DNA of 64,000 nt from an uncultured virus (IMG/VR IMGVR_UViG_3300030099_006902) (lineage: Duplodnaviria; Heunggongvirae; Uroviricota; Caudoviricetes): the IMG/VR virus record IMGVR_UViG_3300030099_006902. The stretch is one strand, 5' to 3'. Shown in pieces: positions 36,601 to 47,000 of this stretch. Under the pieces are notes generated by a model that worked only from the letters and a program-made list of their open reading frames with translations, made no database searches and had not been told where the DNA came from. Made by a program: the position numbers and the translations under genes. How positions within the stretch are numbered: position 1 is the stretch's first letter; every line of letters begins with the position of its first letter.

Positions 36601-39600
36601 TTAATAACTTACAAAACGAAAATTTAGAAGATTTAGAAGAAATTACCACAATTTTACAAGGAGGTGTTGCACAAGCAATAGAAGATGCGATGCCTCCAAT
36701 CGTATCACAGCCAGGCTGTGATGATGGCTTGATACCTTTTGAATCAGAAGAATCACAAGCAGCAGTTGGGATTGTTTTAGGTAGCGGCCTTAAACAGCTT
36801 CAAATGGAATTTGCTCAAGATATGTTGGGTAAAGGTGATTTTGGTTCTGGCGAAAAAGGCTGGGGCATGTTAAACATGATCCTTTCGGACACTAATGGTC
36901 ATCCATTTACTGAACACCAGAGAAAAGTTGCCAGAAACATTAGCTCAGTTGACTTTATTCAAGATTCATCTGATTTGGTTGAAGAGGTAGCTGAAGAGGT
37001 TGGTGAAGTGCTGGCTCCGTTTTTTGTTCCTTCAGTAGTAGAACAACAACATCAATACCCTGCATATGTTGCTGAGTGGATGTGGGAACAGATGATGTTA
37101 ACTAATGTAGAATTTAAAACCAACACTGATTTACAAAAACCAAAGAATTATTTTAAAAGCTTTGACGACTTAGGATGGGAAGGGTGGTTTTGGACAAACA
37201 TAAACCTTATAGCTTTACCAGACTACGGATGGAATGTTAAATTGCAAGCACAAATGGGCCCAAAGCAATTGAAAATTACCAAGAGAAGTAGAAAAGCAAC
37301 TCCAGATTTAGTAATCTCATACGAGAATAATGCTAATGGTTATCGTGAACACGATGGCGAGGATCCGTCATGGGGCTATGATATAGAACTTTATACTCCC
37401 GAGTTGGTGGCTATAAATCCAAGCCCAAAACAACCAAGTCTTAGTTTTCAAACATATGACGTTATAGACCCAGAAACTGGCAGAATAACAACAGGTTCCG
37501 CACCATCACCGCTTGAGATGGAAGGCGCCGAATTGGCACAACAAAGAGTCGATGAGCTATTACAGAGAATAGAGGCGCTAAGAATGATGTTAGCAACCCA
37601 TAGATTTAGAAAAGGGGATAATGCAAGAATTACAATAAATGAATACCAAAGATTTGGAGATGATTCGACCCAAAAATCTAGGGAATTTGAGTTTTATTCG
37701 GTTGATCCAACACTAGACGATTTGAATACAGAAGAATATCCAAAATTTAATTCTTCTTTTGAATACGGAACTGAAAAGCCACCTCAAATAATATTATTGC
37801 AAGAAATATTATCAAAATTTAACGATACGCAAATAATTGTGTCTACCCAAAACTATAACGCTGCTATGAGTCAGATGTTTAATGAAATAAAGCGTGAGAT
37901 ACATGGCGAGGCAGATCCTCTTCAGACAAAACCTGGCCCGTCAAAGCCCGCGTGGTTATATGGTGCTTTGTATGATGATCTCACAATGGACGATACACTG
38001 TATGTTGTTGATAAAAAGCAAACATTATCTCCTGGTGGAACTTTTTATGGTGACGCGGAAGTAGCAAATTACGACGAAGGCGAGCGAGATGGTAACAGAG
38101 AAATTGAAAACGACGACATGATTCTAGGAATCAGCAAAATGGAATATGAAGAGAAATACGAGGATAGTGGGCGCCCCAACCGAGTGTTCTATTTACACCC
38201 TGATACTTACGGTGGAACATATACCAAGCCAAAAATTTACATAACCCCTGTTCAAAACAAAGGCTGGCGTGGCTTTGTAGATGTAATTTTTCCTGAATTA
38301 AGTCCATGTAAGCCATCAAAAAAGAATATGGTAGAATTTAACGATATTCAAGATGAAATTTCTAGAGCATATACATTTATGCCGGACGATCAACGACTTA
38401 GAGAAAAAGAATATTGCGCAGTAGAAGTTCCATACAATAGAATATTAGAAAGAAGTAGTAAGTCAGGAATCCAAGGATTAGTCAAGGCAGCTTGTAGAAT
38501 TTGGGGAACAACTCACATGATTAAAGCCATGGCTACATTTAGCACTTTTGCTCCTAAATTTCCAGAAACTTGCAGTTCTCTTTTTTCAGCATATGTCGCT
38601 GAACAAATGGAGTTATCTTTTAAAGATCCTGGCGGCGCTTGGTGGGAATGGTTTTTATCATTTAAAGATGAAGAATTTTGGTATGCCTTTTTAGAGCAAT
38701 CTGTCCAAACATACGCTCGACTAGTTGATGACGGTGAAATCACAGACCCTCCGGAATCTGTCTTAAATGCACTTTATAAAATAAATGACATGCAAGAAAG
38801 ATATAGTTTTCAATATGATGAGCAACTAAAAGCTGCGCGTTCTTCTGGTCGCGCCGAGCCATGGCCATTTGATACTTTGGATAGTTTCCGCTATGAAGAA
38901 AAATTAAATGCCGTCAGAGCAACAGAAGAACATGCTAAACTTGTTCTAAAAGAAATGATTTCTATGGAAATGAATACAATTGGTGAAATTTTCACTCAAA
39001 ACATGAAATCAATAAATATGTCTCCCACATATTCTGACATGGATTACTACGCAATGAGTAATTTATCTGAAGGAGCCATAGGTTTATCATTAGACAAAGT
39101 AATAAAGGAAGAAGTTGTCGGCTTAGAAACGTCCGGCTCTGGGCACTACACTAACGGAACCGAGCTAGCGTTACCAGATGGCACACCATACAGTGGCTTT
39201 TATCATATTCACGAAGACGAGGACGGTAATTCAATTTATATGGTCGGAGAGGCACACTCAGATGAAACGCACTCAGAACTTACTGTTTTTGCAAACAAAA
39301 TAATTGTTCCAATTGGCGATATAACTCCGATAAGCAACGGAACAACAACTCCTGGCGGTAAATTTTTTAGATTAGAAAAATATATTAGTATTAACGGTGA
39401 AAGATACGCTCCCGACGATGCAATTGCTATTTTGAGAGCCGGTGATCCCTCGAAAAACGTTTCAGATGTGTTTCCCGGAACACTAGAACATGTTCACTTT
39501 GAGCCGAGAGATGCTAATTTATATGATGAACCAGCGTCCCCTGATTCAGATGATACAGCCATGGGAACTGACACTCGTGTAGTCGGACTGAAAGGAGAGC

Positions 39601-40298
39601 TTGGTGTTCGATACGGATTGAAATTTTCTGTAACAATGGGAGGACAATCTTTGGAAGCATGTAACGTCGAAATAGATGTATTAGATTTAAAATTAAATCA
39701 AGTTCCTAACTTAGAGGGTAATTCAAAATTATTGTTATGTCTAATAAACAAACTAAAAGAGCACAAAGATTTCCAATTAATTGTCAGATATGTGTTTCCA
39801 TTAAATAAAATGATAGCCACGTGGGCTATTTATAATGATTTTGGATTTTTGCCGTCAATTGGTCAAAAGACAGTAGATCGAGGCGAAAACAGGTCCGGTA
39901 TACCAGATGAAAAACCTGGCGTATTTGTAAAGATAGGAGATGATGACGAGCTTTTAGGTTATGAGTTCACACCAGGCTGGGAGCATAAATCAGATCGAGC
40001 CAATCCAGCCGGCTGGCCTATGAGTTGGTTTGTGAACGATAATCCTTGGGATGATTGGGATAAGGAATTATTAAGAAACTCAAGAAGCAGAATTAGAAAT
40101 CTATTTAAACGTTACTATCACAGTAGAGATTTTGGACATGTCCCAGACGATGGCGGGTTTAGTCCCGGTAAAATTTTACTGAAAAACTTAAAAGCTGCGT
40201 TTGCATTACCTCCTTTGGCTGGTCAAATGCCATGGTCGATGAAACGAAGAATTGTAAGTAATCCATTCAATGCGCTTGGTCAGGTGTGCAAAAAATAA
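33648..40298 (+). CDS. 2216-aa putative virion protein with an internal hydrophobic segment
   Basis: Long uninterrupted ORF in the baseplate module; acidic and Cys-containing. Confidence 0.85.
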   Translation: MADESKFLKYQDKNNDGMPDVCDDDKIIKVSNCPSCKPNPSAVVPKWKKRTVDEPWFNDKYCTFQITVVTMSKTLRSPTPDLTDEEFVEKLFKDNAAAAVQGLLDGFNKEESSDTVNSLINTIDYTKYDLDTRYGSVVKLLYTLPYDVFAPIEEREEDNDIDDEAAGQGVEITYSASAINPKLLKLRKAMYMYSRYYRVFQALEGGSFQFVKSGKTFTKSQFDRYGDLGFFFGSSRMSDLLTDLDNWLNDRGMNIFGVGTGWGWFRERVTRITFYFTPEMKLRKMKVYTSRCTKRPRVYGKKRLKSLNSKAAWKDPTAVGYFTQLNQIDNFLSARVERPWIEFVEKFTFPEVQSSFTIPPPAEAKPQTAMSCIGDALAKEGKQLGMDILDDVFSIGDAIAYQFHRNVCQKTLQDVDDEKNALGLAYKPSKKDPDKQVIDPFKVVDKATGETKNALGMATEQAFQTLYEDDRMFVQLCARMISAALPFPGGGQQMIHDMWRFGFGRMKLCGLLDLMIDALQCLFKGLSLEEALASAIKAALNAMSIENFGDLFIGLPPDKQNELEDLVNKKLENSDIFGEGSNLQRMSDAGQGMDSGAGTLQDKPFYGKISVKKYRPWENEDIINRERSQLKEGNYGTFPRPKNLKGATEQPVKRTLAQQFDVSARAQEELDPNNIMQAYVMALIEVYGDNLLGLTDLLNKYPGAQIIASIIALVDCPRPPMFDPTFFDFLKTLELPFCRNINEIKMFRLENPGTIIPYIMDWPKLLFEAMVLAITTLVIHIIMKILVKICQIIGDAICKALEITGDLALAIPSVIAGKTTFADVIRESICGPEADDNQVNATIIEMFEKLGVGGAALADTQAVANFTGDISNATTRTELMEAFMGNASNDFIDIVYTIMENQYPEFLEGMPTKGHLQDFFSDVGNLFPVDVRAAMNEILDALPDDDELPANPSLCASPEDIEAFQDRRCLLLEGRATPEQCAAMFNNLQNENLEDLEEITTILQGGVAQAIEDAMPPIVSQPGCDDGLIPFESEESQAAVGIVLGSGLKQLQMEFAQDMLGKGDFGSGEKGWGMLNMILSDTNGHPFTEHQRKVARNISSVDFIQDSSDLVEEVAEEVGEVLAPFFVPSVVEQQHQYPAYVAEWMWEQMMLTNVEFKTNTDLQKPKNYFKSFDDLGWEGWFWTNINLIALPDYGWNVKLQAQMGPKQLKITKRSRKATPDLVISYENNANGYREHDGEDPSWGYDIELYTPELVAINPSPKQPSLSFQTYDVIDPETGRITTGSAPSPLEMEGAELAQQRVDELLQRIEALRMMLATHRFRKGDNARITINEYQRFGDDSTQKSREFEFYSVDPTLDDLNTEEYPKFNSSFEYGTEKPPQIILLQEILSKFNDTQIIVSTQNYNAAMSQMFNEIKREIHGEADPLQTKPGPSKPAWLYGALYDDLTMDDTLYVVDKKQTLSPGGTFYGDAEVANYDEGERDGNREIENDDMILGISKMEYEEKYEDSGRPNRVFYLHPDTYGGTYTKPKIYITPVQNKGWRGFVDVIFPELSPCKPSKKNMVEFNDIQDEISRAYTFMPDDQRLREKEYCAVEVPYNRILERSSKSGIQGLVKAACRIWGTTHMIKAMATFSTFAPKFPETCSSLFSAYVAEQMELSFKDPGGAWWEWFLSFKDEEFWYAFLEQSVQTYARLVDDGEITDPPESVLNALYKINDMQERYSFQYDEQLKAARSSGRAEPWPFDTLDSFRYEEKLNAVRATEEHAKLVLKEMISMEMNTIGEIFTQNMKSINMSPTYSDMDYYAMSNLSEGAIGLSLDKVIKEEVVGLETSGSGHYTNGTELALPDGTPYSGFYHIHEDEDGNSIYMVGEAHSDETHSELTVFANKIIVPIGDITPISNGTTTPGGKFFRLEKYISINGERYAPDDAIAILRAGDPSKNVSDVFPGTLEHVHFEPRDANLYDEPASPDSDDTAMGTDTRVVGLKGELGVRYGLKFSVTMGGQSLEACNVEIDVLDLKLNQVPNLEGNSKLLLCLINKLKEHKDFQLIVRYVFPLNKMIATWAIYNDFGFLPSIGQKTVDRGENRSGIPDEKPGVFVKIGDDDELLGYEFTPGWEHKSDRANPAGWPMSWFVNDNPWDDWDKELLRNSRSRIRNLFKRYYHSRDFGHVPDDGGFSPGKILLKNLKAAFALPPLAGQMPWSMKRRIVSNPFNALGQVCKK

Positions 40299-40331
40299 TA
40301 GTAAAGCATAATTAATAAAGAGGAAATATAA

Positions 40332-40700
40332 ATGGCGTCAATTGGTGTTAAATTACCTATTACATACGATTCTGGTGATGGATTCACAATGTTGAAAACA
40401 TTAGATGAAACTGTAAGACAAAATTTAAAAATGCTTATACTCACAAATCCTGGCGAGAGGGTGATGGAACCAGATTTTGGAGTTGGAATGCAGCAATATT
40501 TATTTTATAATTTTTCTGAAAATATTGAGACTCAAATATCGGAAAGAATTAAAACTCAAGTTGCTCGCTATATGCCATCTGTCATAATAAATAATATAAG
40601 ATTTTACGGAAATGATCCAGATACAAACTCACTATCTTTTGCAATAGAATATTATGTGCCTGATATTGGGTTGAGTGATTTATTAGAATTTACTATTTAG
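40332..40700 (+). CDS. Baseplate wedge subunit, gp25/GPW family
   Basis: QNLKMLILTNPGERVMEPDFGVG, YMPSV.I. Confidence 0.92.
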   Translation: MASIGVKLPITYDSGDGFTMLKTLDETVRQNLKMLILTNPGERVMEPDFGVGMQQYLFYNFSENIETQISERIKTQVARYMPSVIINNIRFYGNDPDTNSLSFAIEYYVPDIGLSDLLEFTI

Positions 40701-40714
40701 ATTGAGGACAAAAT

Positions 40715-42511
40715 ATGTCAAAAGATCAAAAAAAGAATTTACCAATCAATTATACAAATAGAGAATTTTCCGGAATTCGAGATGACCTTATGGAATTAGC
40801 AGAGAGATTTTATCCTGACACATTCCAGGATTTCAGCGAGGCATCCTTCGGCGCAATGATGATTGACGCTGTTGCATATGTGGGTGATCAGATGTCTTTG
40901 CATCTTGATTATAACATTAATGAATCGTTTCTTGATACTGCGTATCAATTAGGTAACGTTTTAAGACATGGCCGAGTATTAGGATACAAAGATCCCGGGC
41001 GCCCTTCTACATTTGGGGAGGTAGCACTTTATATAATGGTTCCAGCTAGTTCTACGGGAATGGGTCCTGATACGGCATATATACCTATTCTTTCTCGTGG
41101 AACATCATTCTTGTCCGACACTGGTTTAAAATTTGTTCTTACCGAAAATGTAAACTTTGCCGACGAAAAAAATAGTGTGGTGGTTGCACAGGTAGATAAT
41201 ACGACAGGTGCCCCAACAAGATATGCTATAAAAGCATATGGTAATGTTGTGTCTGGTGATTTTGCGCAAAAAGATGTTAAGGTCGGTGCTTATGAAAGAT
41301 TTAGAAAAGTTAGCCTTAACATTGACAACTTATCTGAAATTATATCTGTATTTGATGCTGAAGGTAATGAATACTTTGAAGTTGATTACCTCGCGCAAGA
41401 TATGGTATACAAAGAACTTAAAAACAAAAATTACAAAAACGATAACGTTCCTTCGATATTAAAACCAATGTTGGTTTCTAGAAAATACGTTGTTGAGAGA
41501 ACCGCAACAGGATATGCGTTACAATTCGGCAGCGGAGAAGATGGTGGTTCCGGTGTAGTTGCACAACCTCAAAGCATTGCACTAGATGTTTTTGGCAAAT
41601 CATATGTGACAGACACAACGTTTGATCCCACAAGATTAACTAAAAATCAAAGTTTTGGTATTGTTCCTTCAAACACTACACTTACAGTTGTTTACCGAAC
41701 CAACAACCCCACAAATTCAAATGTTGGTGTTGGATCCTTAAAAACTGTTGCAAATGCTAGATTAATTTATCAAAACAAAACCTCATTAAGTGTGGACTTG
41801 GTAAATCAAATTAACACAACCATCGAGGTTTCAAATGAAACACCTATTGTTGGAGATATTACTAATCCATCAACTAGTGAGATTAAAAGAAGAATTTACG
41901 ATACATTCCCAACTCAAAACAGAGCAGTAACACAAACAGATTATGAAAGTTTAGCCACACGTATGCCAGGTAAATTTGGTTCTATAAAAAGAGTTAGCGC
42001 ACAAAAAGATAATGATTCACAAAAGCGAAATATTAATTTATATATTATATCTGAAGACTCTTTTGGAAAATTAATAGAATCTAATGGGACCATAAAACAA
42101 AACCTAAAAACATGGCTAAACCAACATAGAATGATTAACGATACAGTTGATATTTTAGATGCATACATAATCAACATTGGAGTTGAATTTGTAATTAAAA
42201 CTGTTGATGGAGCGAACAAGTCAACCGCGTTAGCATCAGCCATAAGAAGAATAGCCGACAGATTCTCAGAAGGATTCTTTATAGGTGAACCAATTTACAT
42301 CAGCGATATTTATTCAGAATTGAAAAAAGAGCCAGACGTTCTCGATGTTTTAAAGGTAAAAATAGTTCCAAAAACAGGGGGCTCATATTCATATGTAGAT
42401 TTGCAAGTTAATAAAAACTTATCTCCTGATGGAAGCTATTTAATGTGTCCAAAAAATGCTATTTTTGAACTTAAATTTCCACAAACTGACGTCAAAGGAA
42501 AGGTTAGATAA
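40715..42511 (+). CDS. Baseplate wedge protein, T4 gp6/baseplate J-like
   Basis: YTNREFSGIRDDL, DFSEAS.G, ESFLDTA, LQFGSG, QNRAVTQTDY. Confidence 0.88.
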   Translation: MSKDQKKNLPINYTNREFSGIRDDLMELAERFYPDTFQDFSEASFGAMMIDAVAYVGDQMSLHLDYNINESFLDTAYQLGNVLRHGRVLGYKDPGRPSTFGEVALYIMVPASSTGMGPDTAYIPILSRGTSFLSDTGLKFVLTENVNFADEKNSVVVAQVDNTTGAPTRYAIKAYGNVVSGDFAQKDVKVGAYERFRKVSLNIDNLSEIISVFDAEGNEYFEVDYLAQDMVYKELKNKNYKNDNVPSILKPMLVSRKYVVERTATGYALQFGSGEDGGSGVVAQPQSIALDVFGKSYVTDTTFDPTRLTKNQSFGIVPSNTTLTVVYRTNNPTNSNVGVGSLKTVANARLIYQNKTSLSVDLVNQINTTIEVSNETPIVGDITNPSTSEIKRRIYDTFPTQNRAVTQTDYESLATRMPGKFGSIKRVSAQKDNDSQKRNINLYIISEDSFGKLIESNGTIKQNLKTWLNQHRMINDTVDILDAYIINIGVEFVIKTVDGANKSTALASAIRRIADRFSEGFFIGEPIYISDIYSELKKEPDVLDVLKVKIVPKTGGSYSYVDLQVNKNLSPDGSYLMCPKNAIFELKFPQTDVKGKVR

Positions 42512-44034
42512 TGCTTAAAAGATATACGGCTTCTATAGATACAACAATAGTTAACGCGTATCAGCCAAATCTAAGAATTCGAGGCACCGGCTCTAATGCT
42601 GGTCAAGCTGATGTATTGGAAACCTTCTCTATATATGGTCGTCAAAGTCAGTCTTCTTCAGCATCTCCAGCATCCCAAGAGCTGTCTAGAATTTTAATAA
42701 AATTTCCTACTTCTAAAATAGTTTCAGATAGGGCCGCTGGCGTAATACCAGCGAGTGGTAGTGTTAATTTTTATCTTAAAATGCACAATGCTGAGCATTC
42801 AAAAACAGTTCCTCGTGATTATAAATTAGTAGTATTACCAGTTTCGCAATCTTGGCAAGAAGGTGAGGGCCTTGATTTGGAGGGATACAAAGATTTGACT
42901 AAAGGTCGCCCCGGCGCCAACTGGATATCAGCATCAAATTCTTCAGCCTGGACAAAAGTTGGTGGTGATTATTTAACAAACTCTTCTTCTATAATGTATG
43001 AACAAACTTTTGAATCAGGATTGGGGGATTTAGAAGTTGACATAACCGAGTTGGTTGAGCGGTGGGTGGCCGGCTCGACTAGCAATTATGGTGTTGGAGT
43101 ATTTTTATCTTCAAGCTACGAGGCTTATTTCTCTGGCTCTGCTGGGGCAGATAGCGGAAGTGTATTAAATAACCTTGCAGGTGCAAAAGAATCATATTAT
43201 ACTAAAAGATTTTTCGCTCGGGGAACACAGTATTTTTTCAAAAGACCAGCATTAGAAGCGCGCTGGGATGATGCACGAAGAGATGAGCGAGGTGAATTTT
43301 ATTTCAGTAGTTCCTTGGCTCCCGCAGCAGATAACTTAAACACTTTATATCTTTACAACTTTATAAGAGGCAGACTAACAAATATACCCTCTGTGGGCAC
43401 CGGAAAGTTATTGGTTAGCTTATATTCTGGCTCTAGTGACAATAGTAAACCATCGGGCTCTAAATTGTCATTGCATGATGGTAACAATAATGTTACAGCT
43501 AGTTATGTTTCAACTGGAATCTATTCGTGTTCCATAGGCATAAATTCTTCATCAATTACAACTTTGTATGATGTTTGGCATAGCGGTAGTTTGGAGTTTA
43601 GCACAGGCTCTATTGCACCTTTGGTATTCAATACGAGACCCACAACAAAAGAGCCGATATATTATATTAATATTACCAATTTGGCTAACACATATAGATC
43701 TGACGAAACAGCAAGAATGAATTTGTATGTAAGGCATAAATACTGGAATCCAACAATATATACCAAAGCAACGACAGATCCGGCCACAACCAGTATCCAA
43801 AGTGCTTCATACCGAGTGATAAGAGCCCTTGATAACTTAGAAGCTATACCTTATGGAACCGGCTCAGATTTTCACACTGGTCTATCATTTGACGTATCAG
43901 GAAATTATTTTGACTTTGATATGAGTTTATTAGAGCCTGGATACGAATATATCTTTAAATTTTCCTTTTATGATAGTAGAATGAATACTTGGAAAGAACA
44001 AAGACAAGAATTTAGATTTAGAGTTGATAAATAG
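42511..44034 (+). CDS. Ser/Gly-rich virion structural protein
   Basis: TAATG coupling to the baseplate gene; SRILIKF, DLEVDIT..V..W, P.LEARWDD; many SGS/TGS/SAS triplets. Confidence 0.75.
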   Translation: MLKRYTASIDTTIVNAYQPNLRIRGTGSNAGQADVLETFSIYGRQSQSSSASPASQELSRILIKFPTSKIVSDRAAGVIPASGSVNFYLKMHNAEHSKTVPRDYKLVVLPVSQSWQEGEGLDLEGYKDLTKGRPGANWISASNSSAWTKVGGDYLTNSSSIMYEQTFESGLGDLEVDITELVERWVAGSTSNYGVGVFLSSSYEAYFSGSAGADSGSVLNNLAGAKESYYTKRFFARGTQYFFKRPALEARWDDARRDERGEFYFSSSLAPAADNLNTLYLYNFIRGRLTNIPSVGTGKLLVSLYSGSSDNSKPSGSKLSLHDGNNNVTASYVSTGIYSCSIGINSSSITTLYDVWHSGSLEFSTGSIAPLVFNTRPTTKEPIYYINITNLANTYRSDETARMNLYVRHKYWNPTIYTKATTDPATTSIQSASYRVIRALDNLEAIPYGTGSDFHTGLSFDVSGNYFDFDMSLLEPGYEYIFKFSFYDSRMNTWKEQRQEFRFRVDK

Positions 44035-44045
44035 AGATAAATTAA

Positions 44046-47000
44046 ATGAGTATAAAAAAGCTATTCGATAAAAGCCGTAAGGATTCTAGAAATTTTTCGG
44101 ACTATTCTACTGATAAGGAAACTTTTGATGAAGTAGAATCTTCAAGAAACGCAGAATCGATACAGCAAGAAAAAAGAACATATGTTCCACAAGTTGATTA
44201 TTCAGAGCCAAAGAATTTTATTAAATTTGGTTCCGCAGAACTTTTTTATAGTGGTGCATTAAATAGGATAATTGATTACTATCCTTATGATGGTTCTGAG
44301 GCTGAGAGAAACGAGTTTTATAATAAATTATTTGATGGCGAAAAATACATTTTTGATAATTTGTATCCAAGATACAACGGGTTTGCTATTTTAGGCGCTA
44401 ATGGTGTAACTTATTCACTAAAAACAGCAGATGGTTATGGTCGCCCTGCCGCAGCCTCAACAGAATATATATCCTTTAAGGGTGGCCCAGGAACCGGTTC
44501 TGGTGGAACCTTGTCGGCCATAAGCCCAAACCCGTTTAATAATAAAAAACAAGTTTCTAACATATATGACAAAACAATTTACAAAACGGCCGGCCTGCCA
44601 AGTGATTATGGGACTGGCACTAGAGAATCGAATTTAAAGTCTAATTTTGATACTGGTGTTACTGTTGAGTTTTGGCTTAAGAAGCAATCTTTCTTAACTG
44701 CTTCGACTTCAAAAGAAGTTATATTTGATCTTTGGAACAGTAACTTATCTTCGTCGACCTCTTACGGAAGGCTCACTATCGAGCTTACTGGAGCCGCCAC
44801 TGGTAGCCCATTTACAATCACAGCACAGTCAGGAACAGTATCAAGCTCTATATTTGCACAATCGATTGGTTCATCTATAACCACAGGCTCGCTTGAAGCT
44901 TGGCACCACTACGCCTTTAGATTTTATAATTCTGGTAGCAGCTTTATGGCTAAATTATATGTAGATGGTAAGATTAACGATACAAAAACATATAGTTCTA
45001 GAAGATTAGGAGAAATATCTAACTCCACCATGCTTGGTCGTATTGGTGCATTGATGACAAGCCCGTCAGGCTCAAGCGCTATAGCGGGGGATGGAACACT
45101 TAGTGCGTCTATAGATGATTTTAGATTTTGGAAAACCAACAGAAACGCAAGACAAATTGGAATAAACTATTTTACCGCGGTTGGTGGTGGAGCAAATACC
45201 GACATATCAAATGCTGACTTGGGTGTTTACTATAAATTCAATGAAGGCATTACTAACAACAGCAGTGTTGACAGTATTGTTTTAGATTATGCAGGTCGAG
45301 TTACTAATGCCGTTTGGACTGGATATGATACAAGTTCAAGAAATACAGGATCTGCCATAATTTTAGCATCTGCTGCTGAAAGAGAATATAAAGATCCTGT
45401 TGTTAGACGAAACCACCCTAATTTTATACAACTTCGGTCTGATTTATATGAAACCGGCTCATCTTATGATATGAGCAACAATGCAGCATTTTTAAATTAT
45501 GCCCCATCTTGGGTTCTCGATGCACATGATAATACTGAAAATAAAAATCTTAAAAACTTATCTCATATTGTTGGAACCTATTTTGATAAAATATATCTTT
45601 TAGGAAAAGAATTACCAAAAATCAGGCACTTAAATTACACAACTGCATCAAACTCGCCCGTTCCATTTGCATCGCACATGCCAACATCAATGGGTCTATA
45701 TGTGCCTGAATTGTTTGTTGATGCATCAATATTAGAAAATCTTTATGATAGAACAGATACGGAACTATTCGAAAGCAAACTTAATGAAATTAAAAACCTA
45801 ATTTATCTAAATTTATACAACAATATTACAAACATATATAAATCAAAGGGAACAGAAAAATCAATTAGAAATGTTTTTAGATGCTTTAACATAGACGACT
45901 CTTTGATCAAAATGAACGTCTATAATAAGAATGCCACATATGAAGTAAAAACAAATCTGAAACAAGCAGTAATTGAAAAATCAATGATTAATTTCAATAA
46001 TGCGTATAATACAGAGGCTGTAGTATATCAAGCTGCTGACTCTACTAACCCAGAATCTCGTGGGTATATATCTGGTTCAACTGGCGATGGTTCAGCAACT
46101 GGGCCAGAAGAATACAATGGTGCTACAATAGAAGCGGATATAATGTTTCCAAGGTTTTTTCTAAGCAAAGATAAGTTTGCTAGAAACTTCCAAGATGTTT
46201 CGCTCTTTGGTATACACACAGTAGACACTGGCTCAGCTGACTCACTCACAGGTGTTGATACAAAATTATTAGCTGGTGGGGTTGATTACGCAAACTTCCA
46301 GGTGTTTGCAGTCAGAGATGAAGCATTTTCAGATAATGTATATTTTAAATTAACTTCTTCTAACAGCCCATACCCGCTTCCTGAATTGACAAGTAGTGTA
46401 TACTTTGATGTTTATGATGAGTCAAGATGGAATATATCAGTCAGAATTAAACCAAAAGACTATCCAAACGCTGGTATGGTTAGTGGCTCGCTAAGTAATA
46501 GCTATGATGTTATTTTTAAAGGCGTGAATGCTGACCTAGGCGTTGTAAAAAATTCATTTGAACTGACAGGCACATTAACAAATACTGTTGGTGCTGCCTT
46601 CTTGAGAGCACCTAAGAGAATGTATGTCGGTGCGAGAAGAGAAAATATAACCGGAGCCATACAACAAAAAACTGATGTTCTTGCATTAGCTTGTCGTTAC
46701 TGGACAAAATATCTTGATAATACATCTCTTGAGTTACACGCTCACGGAGAAGAAAATGTAGGCGTGACAGACTCTTATAGAATGATGCGCCCGATAGATC
46801 CATTCATAGGGACTTCTGCTAACACAGAATTAACTAATAAAAATACGCTAGCGCTCAGTTGGAACTTTGATAATGTAACAGCATCAACTGCTACGGGAAC
46901 TTTCACTGTCAATGATTACAGTTCAGGCTCTTACTCATTAAGACAAAATTATGGCTGGCTTGGTAAAATTGTTGGTTATCAACACAACGCAAAGGGTTTT

